Position numbers and translations under genes: made by a program. DNA of 64,000 bases from an uncultured Chlamydiae bacterium (GTDB lineage: Bacteria; Chlamydiota; Chlamydiia; Chlamydiales; JAJFMB01): NCBI GenBank assembly GCA_963696295.1, contig CAVOJR010000001.1, forward strand, positions 1,312,001-1,376,000, given 5' to 3'. Below, piece after piece: positions 60,950 through 64,000 of this stretch (the first letter of the stretch is position 1; every line of letters starts with the position of its first letter). The notes beneath the pieces were generated by a model. The model saw nothing but the letters and a program-made list of their open reading frames with translations, searched no databases and was not told where the DNA came from.

Positions 60950-63139
60950 ATGGCAGGTTTAGACCCTGAATTTGCCCGTCAGCTCCTGCAGCCGGACGGT
61001 CCTCTAAGCCATAATCTAAAAGGCTTTGAGCTCCGTCCGCAACAAATCGAGATGATGGAAATGATCATCAAGGCCTACAATGATAATGCAGTAGCCCTGA
61101 TTGAAGCGGGAACAGGCACGGGAAAAAGTATCGCCTACCTCCTGCCCGCTATTTTATTTGCCCTGCGGAATAATGAACGCACAGTTATCTCCACCAATAC
61201 TATCAATTTGCAGGAACAGCTCCTGAAAAAAGATCTGCCCACCCTGCTTAAAGCTTTTAATTTTGAAATTAAGGCAGTGTTGGTGAAAGGGGTCGGCAAT
61301 TACCTGTGTCTTCGCAAACTTCACGAAGCGCTTGAAGAAAAACACACCCTGACCGACCAGGAAATCGAAGAAATCGAACAGATTGACGCCTGGAGCCAAG
61401 TCACAAAAGAGGGATCAAAATCGGAACTCCCCACCATTCCAAGCTATGCCGCCTGGGAAAGAGTGAATGTAGAAACCGATCTTTGCACCCAAAACCAATG
61501 CCCCTATTATCAGCAATGCCATTTTTTTAAAGCCCGCCGTCAGGCGCAGGAAGCGCAAATCCTGATCGTCAATCATCACCTGCTCTTCGCCGATCTCGCC
61601 ATACGCGCCGAGACGGAAAATTTTGACGGAGCGGCTCTCCTCCCCCCTTACCAGCGCTTGGTTATTGATGAAGCGCACCATATCGAAGAGGTAGCCACCG
61701 AATACTTTGCCAATCGGGTCCATTTTATCGGCATGTTGCGCACTCTGGCCAGACTCGCCTCGGAAAGCCAGCCCAAGTCCACCGGAAAAATCTCGATTCT
61801 GCGGGAAAAGATCGCCGAACACTTTCGGCAGGAACCTCCGAGAAATCTGATGGGAAAACTCTCCCTGGATCTGCCCGGCATGCGGCGCGAAGTGCATCAA
61901 CTGATGGGGGAAGCCTTTACCGGCTTTTCCGATTTTCTGGAAAATATCTGTGAAAACGAACAGGATCAAAAACTGCGGCTGCGCGCCCATCATCATACCC
62001 ACCCCATCTGGAAAGATCAGGTTCTGCCGCAAACCCACAGACTCATCTCCTCCCTTTACCGCTTCATTCAAACGCTGCACGGCCTGAAAGGGAGTATCGA
62101 CGAACTTAAAGATGACCGCCTGAATGAAAAAACGCAAAACCTGCTGCATGATATCGCCACTTTTTCCAACCGCCTGACAGCGATGTGCGAGACTCTGGAG
62201 ACCTTTACCAAAAACGAACTCCCCGATAATACCGTGCGCTGGATCGAAGGACAGCCCATGAAAACTATGACGAACGTCCACTTGATCGAAGCCGGCTTAA
62301 ATATGGCTCAAGAGATGGCCGATATTCTTTTTAAGCCCCTTTCAACCGTTGTATTATGCAGTGCCACCCTCGCAACCAACCGGGAATTCACCTACATTCG
62401 CAACCGGCTCGGCCTGACCGCCCATTATCTGCCCCAAAAAAAGATCCTTGAAGCGGTATTCGACTCAAGCTTCGACTATCAGAAACAATCCCTGCTCGCC
62501 GTCCCCACCTCCATTTGCGAACCGACCCATGTCGACTTTCCCCGTCAAGTGCAAGAGCATATCATGCGGGCCATCCGGTGCAGCCGCGGAAACGCCTTCG
62601 TGCTTTTCACCTCCTACAGCCTCCTCAAACTCTGTTATATGAATCTCGCTGAAAAATTGACTAAAGAGCGCTATTTGCCCATGAAGCAAGGGGATTTGAA
62701 CCGGGATGAGCTGATCAGAACCTTCCGCAACACCGACCGTTCGGTGCTCTTTGGAACCGATTCCTTCTGGGAGGGGGTGGATGTGGCCGGTGATGCTCTC
62801 CGTCTGGTGATCATAGTCCGGCTGCCGTTCCAGGTGCCGACGGAACCGGTAATCCAGGCGCGCACGGAAATGATGGAAAAGGAAGGGAAAAACCCTTTCT
62901 ATGAGTACTCCATCCCTAATGCAATTGTCAAATTCAAACAGGGTTTCGGCCGGCTGATACGCAACAAATCCGACAGGGGCTGCATCCTCTGCCTCGATTC
63001 CCGCCTCCAGACCAAACCCTATGGAAAACTGTTCTTAAGCAGCCTTCCGAACTGTCAGCGCCTATTCGCCCCCGATGAAGAGCTTTACGAAAAAATGGAG
63101 GCGTTCTATAAATCCACTTACCATCTTGTCAGAAAATGA
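60950..63139 (+). CDS. dinG: DinG/YoaA family ATP-dependent helicase
   Basis: EAGTGTGKS, NHHLL, DEAH, SATL, FWEGVDV and FKQGFGRLIR. Confidence 0.92.
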   Translation: MAGLDPEFARQLLQPDGPLSHNLKGFELRPQQIEMMEMIIKAYNDNAVALIEAGTGTGKSIAYLLPAILFALRNNERTVISTNTINLQEQLLKKDLPTLLKAFNFEIKAVLVKGVGNYLCLRKLHEALEEKHTLTDQEIEEIEQIDAWSQVTKEGSKSELPTIPSYAAWERVNVETDLCTQNQCPYYQQCHFFKARRQAQEAQILIVNHHLLFADLAIRAETENFDGAALLPPYQRLVIDEAHHIEEVATEYFANRVHFIGMLRTLARLASESQPKSTGKISILREKIAEHFRQEPPRNLMGKLSLDLPGMRREVHQLMGEAFTGFSDFLENICENEQDQKLRLRAHHHTHPIWKDQVLPQTHRLISSLYRFIQTLHGLKGSIDELKDDRLNEKTQNLLHDIATFSNRLTAMCETLETFTKNELPDNTVRWIEGQPMKTMTNVHLIEAGLNMAQEMADILFKPLSTVVLCSATLATNREFTYIRNRLGLTAHYLPQKKILEAVFDSSFDYQKQSLLAVPTSICEPTHVDFPRQVQEHIMRAIRCSRGNAFVLFTSYSLLKLCYMNLAEKLTKERYLPMKQGDLNRDELIRTFRNTDRSVLFGTDSFWEGVDVAGDALRLVIIVRLPFQVPTEPVIQARTEMMEKEGKNPFYEYSIPNAIVKFKQGFGRLIRNKSDRGCILCLDSRLQTKPYGKLFLSSLPNCQRLFAPDEELYEKMEAFYKSTYHLVRK

Positions 63140-64000
63140 AATTTTTCCTCCTATTTTTTTTCCAAACCTTCCTCTGGTCATTAGATCCTATCCCTTTAAG
63201 CGAAAAGGGTCATGAATGGATGGAAAAGGCGATCGAAAGAGAATTTGCGGCTTATGAAAAAAAGGGAATTTGTCAAAGCCTGATAGAGAAAAATTGGGAA
63301 ATTTTACAAACTGATTCCTGTTTCCAAAGGTTCAAAATTATAAACTCCACAGTACATGGACCAGCGGGTCAGGTGAAAAACCTCCTGGAGGTGATGGTGG
63401 AGCATTATCCTGTCCCGGATATCGATTTTATCTGGTACAATTGGGATTGCCTGAGAAAAAAATTTTTAAAACAATTTCCCCTCAATGATTACGCGCCTAT
63501 TTTCGTCAGCGCGAAAAGAACGGATCAAACTCAATTCATATTGTTCGCAGACTGGTATTACGATATCCATGACAGCTCCCCCAGGTCCTGGAACAAAATC
63601 ATCGACCTTTTTGACGATCAAACCGATCAAACCTGGTCAGACAAAATTGAAAAGCTGTTTTGGCGCGGCAGTCCAACTGATGGGCCTTACAGGCCGAAGA
63701 CGTATAATACCCGCCCAAGAGGAAGAGTGGTTGTTTTATCCCTGGAAAATCCTTTGATAGACGCCGCATTTACCGTGCCCGGCACCAACAGCCATATAGC
63801 AAAGAAGTTTCAAGATGTTTTACGCGTCACCCCGCCCGTGCCTCTCATAGATCATCTTAACTACAAATATCAGTTGATCATCGACGGCGTGACATGCACT
63901 TTTCCGGGCACCCAATGGCGCCTCTATTCAGGATGTCTTTCCTTTAAGCAGGAATCGGACAATATCATGTGGTTTTTTGGCGAACTACAACCTTATGTGC
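63136..64000 (+). CDS. GT90 (CAP10/POGLUT-like) glycosyltransferase with a signal peptide; 3'-truncated by the window edge
   Basis: Manual translation: MKFFLLFFFQTFLWS...PDIDF...WSDKIEKLFWRGSPT...DHLNYKYQLIIDG...WFFGELQPYV. ATGA overlap with dinG. Not in the ORF track. Confidence 0.85.
   Translation, partial: MKFFLLFFFQTFLWSLDPIPLSEKGHEWMEKAIEREFAAYEKKGICQSLIEKNWEILQTDSCFQRFKIINSTVHGPAGQVKNLLEVMVEHYPVPDIDFIWYNWDCLRKKFLKQFPLNDYAPIFVSAKRTDQTQFILFADWYYDIHDSSPRSWNKIIDLFDDQTDQTWSDKIEKLFWRGSPTDGPYRPKTYNTRPRGRVVVLSLENPLIDAAFTVPGTNSHIAKKFQDVLRVTPPVPLIDHLNYKYQLIIDGVTCTFPGTQWRLYSGCLSFKQESDNIMWFFGELQPYV

Overview
Chromosomal window from an environmental member of the Chlamydiota (Parachlamydiales-like). 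This is inferred from the ~720-aa chlamydial GreA, the >1100-aa PBP2, the chlamydial type II secretion gene order, the rpsB-tsf-pyrH-frr-tRNAs-mcsA-mcsB block and the rpsT...rpoD neighbourhood. It holds about 55 CDS, 4 tRNAs (Ala-GGC, Gly-TCC, Glu-TTC, Lys-TTT) and a T2SS operon. No CRISPR array or transposase was seen. Main observations: (1) two 164-bp TA-ended palindromic elements with perfect, covarying 26-bp terminal inverted repeats. Both sit in frame inside genes (one in a predicted signal peptide, one in coiA), and each adds a 54-aa IPKQ...LFGY peptide, like Rickettsia palindromic elements. Two further unrelated long palindromes occur at 24050 and 53866. (2) An apparent operon of a cysteine-free BCP-like protein, kdpA and kdpC, with no kdpB and with altered KdpA filter motifs. 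(3) A set of glycosyl-, sulfo- and methyltransferases with signal-peptide-like N-termini, including a tandem GT triplication plus a relic of a fourth copy. (4) An AT-rich island of coiled-coil effector-like genes. rpsB and rpoD carry many frameshifts, most likely consensus errors.
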